Origin: Vitrella brassicaformis CCMP3155
Taxonomy: Eukaryota > Protista > Chromerida
DNA length: 64,000 nt
Direction: 5' to 3'
Assembly: GCA_001179505.1 (NCBI GenBank)
Contig: CDMY01000409.1
Coordinates: forward strand, 1 to 64,000
Part shown: positions 50,118 to 61,729 of the stretch, in pieces
Numbering within the stretch: the stretch's first letter is position 1
Layout: each line of letters opens with the position of its first letter
The notes under the pieces: model-generated
The model's input: the letters and a program-made list of their open reading frames with translations, nothing else
What the model was told of the DNA's origin: nothing
Database searches by the model: none
Program-made: the position numbers and the translations under genes

Positions 50118-52350
50118 CGACAGTGATGCAGTACGGAAGCCACGATATTACTGACTGCTCAAGCTGTTCCTTTGCCATCACCGAGGTGGACCACCAGCGG
50201 CAGCACACGGGCGACCTCAGCACCGGTTCGACAGAAGCGAGGTGGTCCACACTGCCTGTTGCTGTCGTCGAGTCTAATGTGGGCCAGAGACACCAGAGAT
50301 GCAGGCAGCCATGTTGATTTTGTGTGTGTGTGTGTGTATGTGTGTGTGTATGTGTATGTGCGTGTGCGCGGCAGGTGACCGGCAATGCTGTGTGGCACAA
50401 CGACAAAGTGTATCTGCTCGCCAGCCAGATCCATGTCCATCCGCCGGCAATCCTCACCATCGAGCCAGGTGCACACATGATACGCTGTATCATGCCCGGC
50501 CTGTCAGACTTCATTGTATCGTGTGTCTTCTCACGCACAGGCACATTGATCCGTGGCGTCAACGTCATCAAGCGGGGCTTCTTCACTGGGTGAGAGCACC
50601 TCACATGTACACAATATGTGTGAATGCTGCAGACACGTATTTGTCGCAGCCTCACCAGTGCTCTGGTCGTCAATCCAGGCGCGAAGATATACGTCGCAAA
50701 CAAGAGACACACACCGCATCAGCACAGAATTGAATTGAATGGATGTGTGTCACCCGTTCTCAGGCGAATGGAACAAAGGAGCAGCCGATCACCTTCACCG
50801 GTGAATGAAAATGACCGGTGAAGGATTCACCGCCTCTTTTCACTTTCAGCTGAGGACGTTAATGACGAGACCAAACCCGAGAGGGAAAAGTGGGGCGGCC
50901 TGGTGATCCTGGGCAAGTGGGTCTCGCAGCACAGGCAGACAGACAGAAAGAAAGACAGACAGACGTGTTTGTCGCTTTCCCTCCTTTACAGGGCGCCTAC
51001 CAACAACGGCGGTGACGATGGCATGGACGTCATCGACAGCCTCGTCCCTGAGGTCAAATACGGAGGTTGGTGCGATCGGACTCAACCACTATCACACAGT
51101 CAATCGTTCTCCTTTTTCATCAGGGACGAATGCGAGTGACGATTCCGGTGTCCTGCGGTACGTGCGTGTGTGGTATGGCGGAAAGGAGATCGGCGAGAAC
51201 AACGAAATCAACGGAATTACGTTCGGCAGTGTGGTGGGATTAATCAATGAATGACGTGTGGATATGCATTCACGTAGCGCATGTACATGATGGGAATTGC
51301 AGGGAAATGGGACCACAGTCGAGTATGTGGAAGTGGCATTCGATGTTGACGAGTGAGCGAGAGGGAGACAGGGCGATTCAGAGACACCACTATATTGTGC
51401 CTGTTGCTCTTTCAGTGGAATTGAGCTCTTTGGTGGCACCGTCAACCTGCGCTACGTGTCTCTCCGTGTAAGACGGAGGACATACGTAGAGTCGCTCACA
51501 TTGCGATGTGCCACATGATGGATGCAGTGCAATGGAGACGATTCGCTGGACGCCGACAACGGCTGGCAGGGCAAGGCACAATTCATCTTTATTGTCGTCT
51601 GTAAAAACGGGACTCACGAGGAAGGTAGGAGAGAAGCAGAGACACGCGGAAAGCCAGCACTTGACGTGCATCGTCTGCTTCTGGTCCATTCGGAAATTCA
51701 GATCGTTACTTGATCGACAAAGCGTTTGAATTCGATAGCAACGGCAAGGGTTTTGATTTGGAGCCAAGGACCCACCCACAAATCAGCCACGTGACAGTCC
51801 TTGGCCCCGGCAGCAGCAACGACACATGGGAGCGGACGGCGGCATCGAAGCGGCTGTTCGAGTTCAGGGAAGGGGCGGGAGGGACGTACGTCAACTTCAT
51901 TGTGACGGATGCCGAGGCAGGTATCGACTTCGACGACTTCGATGAAGACGGTACGAACAAAACCATGCAGATGGAGTCACTGAGTCACTGCATCATTTGT
52001 ATGCGACTGTATACGGGCGCCGCTCCGTTCACTTCGTCCTACCCCAATGAGACGAGTCCCCTGCAGTTCCCGGACTTCTTCTATTGGTCGCCACTCGCCA
52101 TCATGCACAACATCGACGCACTGCGATACAAACCCGATGTCAGCACATCTGTCCCTGAGCCCATCGACGTGCTAACCGTCGACCCCATGCTGAATCAGGC
52201 AAACACACACACCACAAAAGAGACACGAGCGCTCGCACTTCCTGTTCGACCGACACACCTCCTCAGCCGCCGCACGATGTCTCCACCAGCTGTGCATGTA
52301 TGGCTATGTGAGCGACACCGACAGCAATTGCCGTGCGGTGGGGAGACGCG
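50118..52350 (+). CDS. Bacterial-type parallel beta-helix (pectin-lyase-like) domain, multi-exon; probably the continuation of the upstream TM/LRR gene; 3' end uncertain
   Basis: VTGNAVW..KVYLL...ILTIEPG, ALVVNPGAKIYVA, GTKEQPITFT, RGKWGGLVILG.AP, DDSGVLRYVRVWYGG...NEINGITFG, ELFGGTVN, DDSLDADNGWQG..QF and AFEFDS follow a widespread bacterial secreted/lipoprotein family pattern. Confidence 0.75.
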
Positions 52351-53737
52351 GAGCAGAGCTTGCCCAACGTTCCCTCGCCCCCCTTGCCCCAGCACTGCGG
52401 CCATCATCCAACACTGGGCAGATGCGATGTCTCGGCGTCCCCCACACGCGAAAAGCGCCTCAATGTAGCAAGAAGTCAGTGGGGCACCCAGTCAGCTCGT
52501 CACGTCGACATCGCCGTCCGCGAGGCAAAGCATTCCCTTTGACGAGCCGCAGTGCCGACGCAGAAAGCTTCTGCAACCAAGTCCCTCTGTGCTGTCTCTC
52601 ATGCCCGTGTTGGAGCCGCTCGCCGTATGCAGCAGCAGCAGCAGCAAGGAAAGGATACCAAGGCGAATGCGGCTGACCATGTCAATGGCAAGACCAACCG
52701 AGGTGACGCAGTGCGAACAGGCCCGAACCTGCCAACGCAGAGGGGGTCTGCGTCAGCTTGGTGTTTCTCTGGCCCTCAGACAAGCCGTAGCCACGCTGAC
52801 CACTCATCTGTTTCTCTGTCCGCGTTTCCAGAGAGAGCGGCCGTCCGGCGACTGACTGTGTCGGCCGGCTGACGAGAGTGAGAATGAGCCGCCACAAAGC
52901 TAGCCCTGTCGAGAGGATTCATCTTTTGTGCGACGGGCAGTCTTGTTTGCCCTCACGGGTGGCAGTTTCTCGTGTTTGTACAATAGGTGGGTGCTTCTGA
53001 CGAGGGTTTTAGCCTTGCTACTGAGTGAGTGAGTGGGGTCTCTGTCTTTTGCTGCTAGGGAGTATTTTTGCTGCGTGGCTTCAACTGACTCCATACACGC
53101 GCACCCTCCTCGATGTACGTGTCCCTTCCTTGGCTGTGCTCCATAAACAACACTTCACTTTATGTCCGTCGCGGCACACTCACATGCAGACACACTCCAC
53201 CACAAAGTCATCGAGAGAGAGAGAGGCATGGCAGGCGAGTGAGTTAGCCAGACAGTCACACACAGTCACACATCGGCCGAACCATCAAATCAAAATCGGC
53301 CGGCCGGCAGCGGAGAGCGCGAAGTGCGCCCACACCCCCACGTACACCCACAGGCAGCCAGCCATGAGGACGGGCAGAGATCTATACACACACAGAAATA
53401 CAGATGGAGGGAAGAAGGGCTACATATAGAGGAGAGATACGCACGGGCAACAAGACGAACCAACTGACGCCTGCATCAGAGGCATGGAACCCTTCACCAC
53501 AACAGCCACCCATCCAGCCATTCGGCCACACGCCACCACCACCACAAATATCAGCTGCTGCACTATGGTGGCCCGTCTTCCACCGACACACAAACGGATC
53601 GGCGACAGAGATGATCACAGCCGGCGCCCAAGAGATACCATCCTGATGGCACACAACACACATACCAGTCTGGGCGACATTCAGCCACATGACAGAGGAT
53701 ATGAATCGCTGCTCACCCACCAATATTGACTGATCGA

Positions 53738-55528
53738 TCAGTCGCCGCTCTCCGCCTCAGCTGCTGCATCCTCACCTGTCGAGTGCACAGGACACACACA
53801 TAGGTGAAAGTCATTCGGGTCGACGTGAGGGCCTCTGTGGTGTGTGTGGCTGTGTACCTCCGCTGCCGTCATCCATATCGTCACCCTCGTCGGAATCTGC
53901 AGACCACTCACAGACACAGAGAGAGAAGGCACTTCATCCATCCATCCATCCATCCATGTGTCTGTGTGTCAGTACCATCGTCGTTATCGTCATCCTGCTG
54001 CTGCTGCTGCTGCTGTACTTGTCCGTCGAATACGAATGGCGCCACCGCCCCCAAGGCCACACGAGCCAGCTGAGTGGTCAACGAGAAGCGGTGCTTGAAG
54101 GGACCCCCCTCACAGACAGCCGCCTCAGTTGTCACCACAGACATACCCACTGCACATGAGGGGCAGAAGACCACGCGACGTATGACCAGCGGAGCATCCC
54201 CTCTGTCAGTCTGACCGTCGTTGTTTCCTGCTCCGCTGATAACAATCCATGCGACAAAGGGGTGGCTGCCGTCGGTCTGCACCAGCTGTCGCACATTGCC
54301 GTGCAACCCGATTGCGGTAGTGCAGCCTGCCACCGGTGTGTGGGGCGACTCGGTCAGCAGGCCATCCAGACGGCCGCCACCAACGTACCTGAACCAAGCA
54401 CAGCCAAAGACACAGGCAAAGACCCACCCTCGTGCCTTCAGTGCCATTGATGTGTTGTCACCTGTTGAGCATTATCGATGTGTAATGGGTCTGATGAGTC
54501 AGCCTGAAGTGGTCGAAGACCATGCACTTGGCAAACGACGACACTGACGCATCGGTGTCCTGGCCACCGTCGGTGGATATCCATCTACCGCCCTCGCCCC
54601 AGTAGTAGATGCCCTCACGCACCGGCGGGTCGTGTGGCTGCCGGTGCTGCTGGTACAGATGACCGGCAGGCAGGAGCGGGTCGACCTCCAGCTGGAAGCC
54701 CGGCTCGTCCTTGATGGCCCGCACCTCATCGCCATGCTGGAACAGCTGCAGGCAGCTGTCGTCACTGAAGTGGACGTGGCGGCCGACCATCTTGAGCTGC
54801 GCCAACACACGGGGAGCCGACACATACGCCTACACACAGGACCACACAGACAGAGAGAATGAGGCCCTCTCCCTCCCCTCCCCGCCCCTCTGTTTGCTGG
54901 CTCACCGTTTTGCTTGCGTGTGTGTTGATGTCATCGGCTGTGAGGATGACAGGCAGCTCACAGCTGTCGCACTGCCCCGCCACCTCAATCACCTCGCCGA
55001 TCTCGTCCCATGGCCCCTCCTCCACCACACACACAGCCGCCAAGAGATCATGTGTGCCGAACTGGTCGTCGTCGAACCGCAGCAGCTGCACTTGCTGCCC
55101 ATTCACCGCCCGCCGCAGCCCCGCTTGTGAGCCCAGCGAGTGGCGGAGCCGATCTCTCAGCTGGGCCGCTCCGAAGAGGTCTCTCAGCCACGTGCAGGTG
55201 GCCCTCAGCCGCAGGACGTCCTTGATGCTGCTGAAGAGGTAGAAGGTGCGGCGGCCGACGAAGATATACGAGAAGGGGTGCTGCTGCTGCTGCTGCTGCT
55301 GCTGCGGTGGCTGCATCTGGGTAGCTATGATGTGCTCGACGACAGCCTGCACAGAGCGACAGAGCCGACAGAGGATCGTGTGCATCAAGCATGCTGCTCA
55401 TTGATCTGTGTGCTGCTCACCTCGTTCGATGCTCAGACGGACAGATCAGCATGCAGAGAACTGAATGCACCACCACCACCACCACCTTTACCACCACCAG
55501 CAGCAGCGGCAGATGAGGAGGCCGCCAT
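53738..55528 (-). CDS. Family copy 8, with A/G-rich and Q-rich N-terminus, apparently intact
   Basis: QQQHPFSYIFVGRRTFYLFSSIKDVLRLRAT..., standard exons 2-6, ending GEDAAAEAESGD*. Start is inferred. Confidence 0.8.
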
Positions 55529-56022
55529 CACTCCTCAACGACACGCCTGCAGCCATGGGCCGACAGAGAGAGAGAGAGAGAGAGAGATGCCAACACAATA
55601 CCACGGCCAACGCATTGAGGCCAATTGATCAGTGAGCGCATCAGTGAGTCAGTCAGTGAGTGATCGGCCTCCCTCACCACTGTTTGGCTGTCAGCTCAGT
55701 GGCCCGCCATCTCACCGCAGCAGCCGAGAGGGATGACTGACTCGAGTGTTTCCTCTCGCCCTCTTGTCGGCCGAGTGCGTCACTCTCTCAAACGCACAGC
55801 TCTCCGACCAGGGCACAGCGCCTCGCACGTAGGGTTACAGGGTAAGAAACCCTTTAGCCCCTCAGACCCTCTTGCTGGATGGCTCCTTATCCTCGTTCCC
55901 CCCTTTCCCTCTCAGGTCCGCAGCCCTCTGACCGCCCTGCGCCCAGATGTGCATCTTAAAGGGCACCACACGCGATGAAGCGTTAACGGCCGCTGTACAG
56001 TGTGCATAGCGGCTCACACAAG

Positions 56023-57169
56023 ATGCCCGCGTCTGCAGCCCTCCTCATCATGTCCCTTGCCATCTTCTTCCTGTTGGGCATCGCGTCGGCGCAGCATGAC
56101 CTGCCTGGGGATGGTGACGCATTTCTGCAGTCGACAGCAGATGCAGCTCAGCACGAGACCGACGGCCTGTCCTCTTCGCCCCCTTTCGGCTGCCGGCCAA
56201 TCCATGCTTCCTCGGCTTCCTTCCCAACTGCAAGACCGACGCCGACTGTGAGGTCTGCACTGAACCGCCGACAGCAATGGGCACTGGAGGCGACAATGTG
56301 CCGTTCAAATGCTTTAACGCCAGCTTCTCAAGCGACGCCGACACCGTCACCGACGATCCTTGGGTGGCTCTTGTCGAGGCGCTTTTGAGAGTCAAGGGCG
56401 GCGTGTCGGCCATCGAGGAGCGGATTGGCAAGGGCACCGGCAAGGTGTGCCTGCCGGAGCTATATGGCGACGGTGAGGGCGGCATCGCCCAGCCGGTGTC
56501 GTCCATTACCGCCGGCTTCTCGGTTTTGACTGTGACGGGCCTTCTTGGCGGTTTGCAGGTGGGCCCATGCTCCCCCAATGGCCAGCTGTGCACGGCTGTC
56601 GGGGCGGAATGCATCGTGACGGCCTTTGCTTCACCGGTAAGGCAGCACACATCCACTTGTATGTCTCTTGTCTGTGTGTACCGTGATTGTTTTGGTTCAG
56701 GTTCCAGGTGGTTGTCTGTTCCCGCCTGGCGTCAGCGAGGAGTCGGCCGAGTGTCCTGACTGCGAGGTGCTGGGCGGCAACTGTGCTTTCGACAAGAGGG
56801 TCGTCGAATTTGACGGGCAGGAGAGGGTCTTCTGTGAGTCGCGTGGCACCGCCGAGGAGGGCTTCTGTGACAAACTGTTGACGCCATGCGACCCATCGGA
56901 CATCGGCACCAACGGCAATTGCTGCGGTGTCGACACGCTGCCTGACGGGTCGCCAGGAGGTGAACTGCACGTATGTCATCCATCAAGCATCAACCAGGTC
57001 ACGTGTGTGTGTGTTGGGCAGGGAGGCTGGTGTGCCAGCGTGCGAGTGACGCACTGAGGCTGCTATACGACTATTGCAATTTGGCTGGCGGCCCCCTGGA
57101 CGTCATCCCTCCCCCCGTAGCCAAGCTGTCCTTGGACCTCGCTGACAAAATCAGCGGGCCGGTTTGCTC
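56023..57169 (+). CDS. Secreted Cys-rich protein, copy A; 3' end in the gap
   Basis: Signal peptide MPASAALLIMSLAIFFLLGIASA. Cys-rich body (PCFLGFLPNCKTDADCEVC, ECPDCEVLGGNCAF, GNCCGVD). A short intron near 56114 is needed to join the two frames. Confidence 0.7.
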
Positions 57170-57470
57170 NNNNNNNNNNNNNNNNNNNNNNNNNNNNNNN
57201 NNNNNNNNNNNNNNNNNNNNNNNNNNNNNNNNNNNNNNNNNNNNNNNNNNNNNNNNNNNNNNNNNNNNNNNNNNNNNNNNNNNNNNNNNNNNNNNNNNNN
57301 NNNNNNNNNNNNNNNNNNNNNNNNNNNNNNNNNNNNNNNNNNNNNNNNNNNNNNNNNNNNNNNNNNNNNNNNNNNNNNNNNNNNNNNNNNNNNNNNNNNN
57401 NNNNNNNNNNNNNNNNNNNNNNNNNNNNNNNNNNNNNNNNNNNNNNNNNNNNNNNNNNNNNNNNNNNNNT
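57170..57470. other. Assembly gap, about 300 N
   Basis: N run. Confidence 1.
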
Positions 57471-59165
57471 CATGTCCCTTGCCATCTTCTTCCTGTTGGG
57501 CATCGCGTCGGCGCAGCATGACCTGCCTGGGGATGGTGACGCATTTCTGCAGTCGACAGCAGATGCAGCTCAGCACGAGACCGACGGCCTGTCCTCTTCG
57601 CCCCCTTTCGGCTGCCGGCCAATCCATGCTTCCTCGGCTTCCTTCCCAACTGCAAGACCGACGCCGACTGTGAGGTCTGCACTGAACCGCCGACAGCAAT
57701 GGGCACTGGAGGCGACAATGTGCCGTTCAAATGCTTTAACGCCAGCTTCTCAAGCGACGCCGACACCGTCACCGACGATCCTTGGGTGGCTCTTGTCGAG
57801 GCGCTTTTGAGAGTCAAGGGCGGCGTGTCGGCCATCGAGGAGCGGATTGGCAAGGGCACCGGCAAGGTGTGCCTGCCGGAGCTATATGGCGACGGTGAAG
57901 GTCGTATTGCTAGCCCTGTGTCGTCTTTGGCTGCCGGCTTCACGGCTCTGAGTGTCACTCCCGCCCTGCTTGGGTTGGAAATCGGCCCATGTGTGCCCAA
58001 CGGGAAGGTCTGCACGGACTTCGGTGCGGAATGCTTTACATCGGAGTTCTTCTCGCCCGTTCCTGCTGGTTGTCTGTTTCCGCCGGGCACGACAAAGGAG
58101 TCGGCCGAGTGTCCTGACTGCGCTAGCTTGGGCGGCAACTGTGCTTTCAGCAAGACGGTCGTCGAAATCGATGGGCGGAAGAGGGTCTTGTGTCAGTCCC
58201 AGGGGTTTGTGGATAAGGACTTCTGTCTGGAGCTGTTCTCTCCTTGCGATGAGGAAGACATTGGCACGAATGGCGAGTGCTGCGGTGTTGATGCGCTTCC
58301 CGATGGCTCAATCTCAGGTGGGTGGGGGGGTGGGGGGGGGGGGGAGAGGNNNNNNNNNNNNNNNNNNNNNNNNNNNNNNNNNNNNNNNNNNNNNNNNNNN
58401 NNNNNNNNNNNNNNNNNNNNNNNNNNNNNNNNNNNNNNNNNNNNNNNNNNNNNNNNNNNNNNNNNNNNNNNNNNNNNNNNNNNNNNNNNNNNNNNNNNNN
58501 NNNNNNNNNNNNNNNNNNNNNNNNNNNNNNNNNNNNNNNNNNNNNNNNNNNNNNNNNNNNNNNNNNNNNNNNNNNNNNNNNNNNNNNNNNNNNNNNNNNN
58601 NNNNNNNNNNNNNNNNNNNNNNNNNNNNNNNNNNNNNNNNNNNNNNNNNGGGGGGGGGGGGGAGAGGTGAGCCAGCTAGTAGCCAGCTACTACACGGCAT
58701 GAGCCAAACACAGAGACAAAATGCCGCACACGCGCTCCTCCATGCCCCCAATGCTCGTGCAATCAGTATCTGTGTATCATGGGTCATGTGTGTGTGTCTG
58801 CAGGCAAGCTCATCTGCCAGCGAGCGGGTTATGTGGTGAGGGACCTGCTGGAGTGGTGCAACCTCGCCGCCACCGGGGGACCTGCAGACCTCATCTCCGC
58901 ACCTCTCGCAGAAATAGCCGTCGCTTTCGCTGACAAGATCAGTCCGCCACTGTGTGCACCACCTGATGGATTCCAGGTCATCGAGTGACAAAGCATGTGC
59001 GCATTTCGACTACGTTATGTTTCTCTCTGTTTTTTGCCGCAGGCCACAAATTGGTTCCCGGGAGGGTCGTCGGTTCTGGGTGGCTTACTGGGTGAGGATG
59101 TCATCAAGGCGTGTGGCGATATGCTCAAGCCGCTGGACATCAACCTGAAGAACCTGGGCAGTTGA
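57471..59165 (+). CDS. Secreted Cys-rich protein, copy B; 5' end in the gap
   Basis: Paralog of copy A. Likely last exon ATNWFPGGSSVLGGLLGEDVIKACGDMLKPLDINLKNLGS*. Confidence 0.7.
58350..58649. other. Assembly gap, 300 N, within a G-run
   Basis: Both flanks read G(n)AGAGG. Confidence 1.
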
Positions 59166-59385
59166 CTGACATGTCGACTTGGGCTGAGCTGATATGCTGT
59201 GAATAGACATGTGATTGTCGAAACTTCCCCTTTTTCGGTGGCCATGGTGATGCGGCAGCGGCAGAGTGATGCGATGATGTGTATGCCCTGAGACGCTCCC
59301 TCGAGTGTGAGCTGCATGTGACACAATGACAGGTATGAGATCAGTCGAGCAATGTCCACCACACAGCACAGCACACTGTTGGCTC

Positions 59386-61694
59386 TCATGCATTGCTGTC
59401 TTTGTCTCCGCCATTGTCCACTTGCAACACATCAGCCTGCCCCTCTGGCTGCTCTGCCTCCTTCGCATTCGGCACTGACGCCACCATAGACAGACGCCGC
59501 AGCCGGTCGGCCGCGAAGGCACTCTGCATATAGCCATCCAGGAGACGCACACACGCACATGCAACGACTGTGTGCCCTGCCCTAGTGCACAGCATTACCA
59601 GTCTATCGACGTTTAGGGCCTGCTCGAAGAGGGAACGAGCAGCACGGAGGTCGCCAGCCCATTCGATGGCGTTGGCTATCGACGACGTGTGTTGAGGGTC
59701 TGTGGGGCCGCCATTGGCGGCACGTGTCTGGCCGATGAGCCGATAGAACTCACCCAAACCGCACAATGAGTCGGCATCCTAATGGACAGACGACAGACCG
59801 ACAGACAGGTCTACACGAGAGAGAGTGGGATTCCATTTCTTCCTTCATTCACCTCACTGTCGACAGCGAGGGATTGCTTGTAGTAATTTCGCGTGTGCAC
59901 CCGCTGAATGGCCACATTGCTATCTGCACACGGCCAACACACGTGCTTGCTGCATGACAATGAGACACAGCATTTCCCACCAGGCGGCGTGCTCAGTCTC
60001 GTCCCAGAGCTGCTCGATGGCGCCTCGCTCCTCTCCGGCCGCATGGCCCGCCTCTCGTGACCAGGGTAAGTCACGATGGTCGGTGCACCCAATCGATGCG
60101 CCTCAGCGACCTCTAGCGGAGGGGATATGCTCGATTTCAGTGCACGCACATAGGCCAGCAGGTCTTCATCAGACGCCGCCTGCTCATCGGCGGGGCAGGA
60201 GGGCATTTCGATGCCGGTGTGGTCTTCTTCTCCTTCTGCAGGGACCGAGGCCTCCTGGTCGTCATCGAGAGACACGTTGGGCGGTGGGCTGAGGTCGATG
60301 CTGTCGATCAGATTCTTGCCCATGACGGGACTGTTGCCGCCTGGACAATGACAATGGAGAGGATAACACATCACAACAGGACATCATGTGTCTCACACGG
60401 AGTGCCAGCCCACCGGATTGCGCAGGTGCCGTGCTCAATCCTGTCCTGTCGACTTCCCGCCCTTCGTCCTTCCCCACGGGCAGCGCCACCGACGCGGCCC
60501 TCTCCTCCAGTGAGTCCATCATGTGCAGCCCACCGCTCTCGAAACTCAATGCGCCGGAGCCAGCAGTCTTGGCGCGCATCAGCTTGACGAGCACCTTCAC
60601 CAGGTCCTCGAGGGACCGGAACAGCTCGCTCAGGCCGAACAGCTTGACGGCGCGCTCTTTCTGCCGAGAAAAAGGGACAGCGAGGGAGGCTGTGCTGTGT
60701 GTGATTGCGTGTGCGTGCGGTTGGGTGGGAACTTTGTTGCACTCGACTGCCTGTCTGTAGGCGGCACGTGCTGCCATGAGGTGGCCGCGGCAGAGGAAAT
60801 TGTGAGCGATGCCGAGCCAACACAAAGTGGACTGCGTCATACATACACACATACACACATGCGTGTATGACGTAGGGACGCGCAAGGAGTGTGTTCGTCT
60901 TGGTTACCTTTGGCTTGACTTGCAGGACACACCGGTAGAGCACGTCACTCGACAGCCAGCGACCCCGCCGCTCCCTGGCAGCCAGAAAAAGAAAAAAAGA
61001 TGGCAGTCGTGCAGGGGAGGATATGTGTGTGCTCACCTGTAATACTCGGCAGAGAGGAAGAACGTCTCGATTGCAGTCGGCTGTGGACAACAGGTCAAAC
61101 AGAAAATCATGCTCGCTGCGTCATGCACGAGACATCACTGCACCTACATTGCTGGCGACGTAGGTCGCTGCCTCTCGATAAGGCATCTCCTCAAGCAGAC
61201 CTGAGCACACCACCAGCAGCCACAATGCACCAGAGGCGTGACTCACTTCGCATTGGCTCACCGTCGATCGACGCCTGGGACGAGAAGTCACTCAGACCTC
61301 TCAAGACCACCCCACCTGACACACAATCCGGACCCAGGACCGACATCTCGAGACATGGAGTCCGGCTGCCCTCACCTTCGGCCCCGGCTCCCTCTCTCTT
61401 CACCTCCTTGCCCTCGTCTGCAGCCGGTTGCCCCTCCTGCTTGCCTTTGGCAACCGCAATGGAAGTTCTCGGATTGAAGGTCCCGATAGGGGCGCTGCTC
61501 ATGGGCTCGCTCAGCTGCAGCTCACCCATGAGGGACGGCCGCACCCTGGGTGACTCGGTCTGCTGAGGCACTTCCTCGGGGATGGGCAGTGTCTGCAGCG
61601 ACAGTCGCATCGATGAGCTGGGCGACTCGCGAGGGGGGACATCACGCCCAGGGGGTGTTGCGGGGGGAGGGCTACATGGGACGCCAGACAGACC

Positions 61695-61729
<35 letters not shown>

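Noticed and set aside
55831-55860. Telobox-like AGGGTTA / AAACCCT motifs between divergent genes
   Set aside because: Only two short, imperfect matches; expected by chance.
56114-56130. Possible 17-nt ultra-short intron (gtgacgcatttctgcag) in the Cys-rich genes
   Set aside because: In-phase acceptors at 56151 and 56157 give ordinary 38-44-nt introns; cannot be distinguished without RNA-seq.
58321-58670. Gap inside Cys-rich copy B implying missing exons
   Set aside because: Both flanks end in the same G-run plus AGAGG and the protein aligns with copy A across it, so the gap is probably artefactual. ORFs spanning N runs were also ignored.
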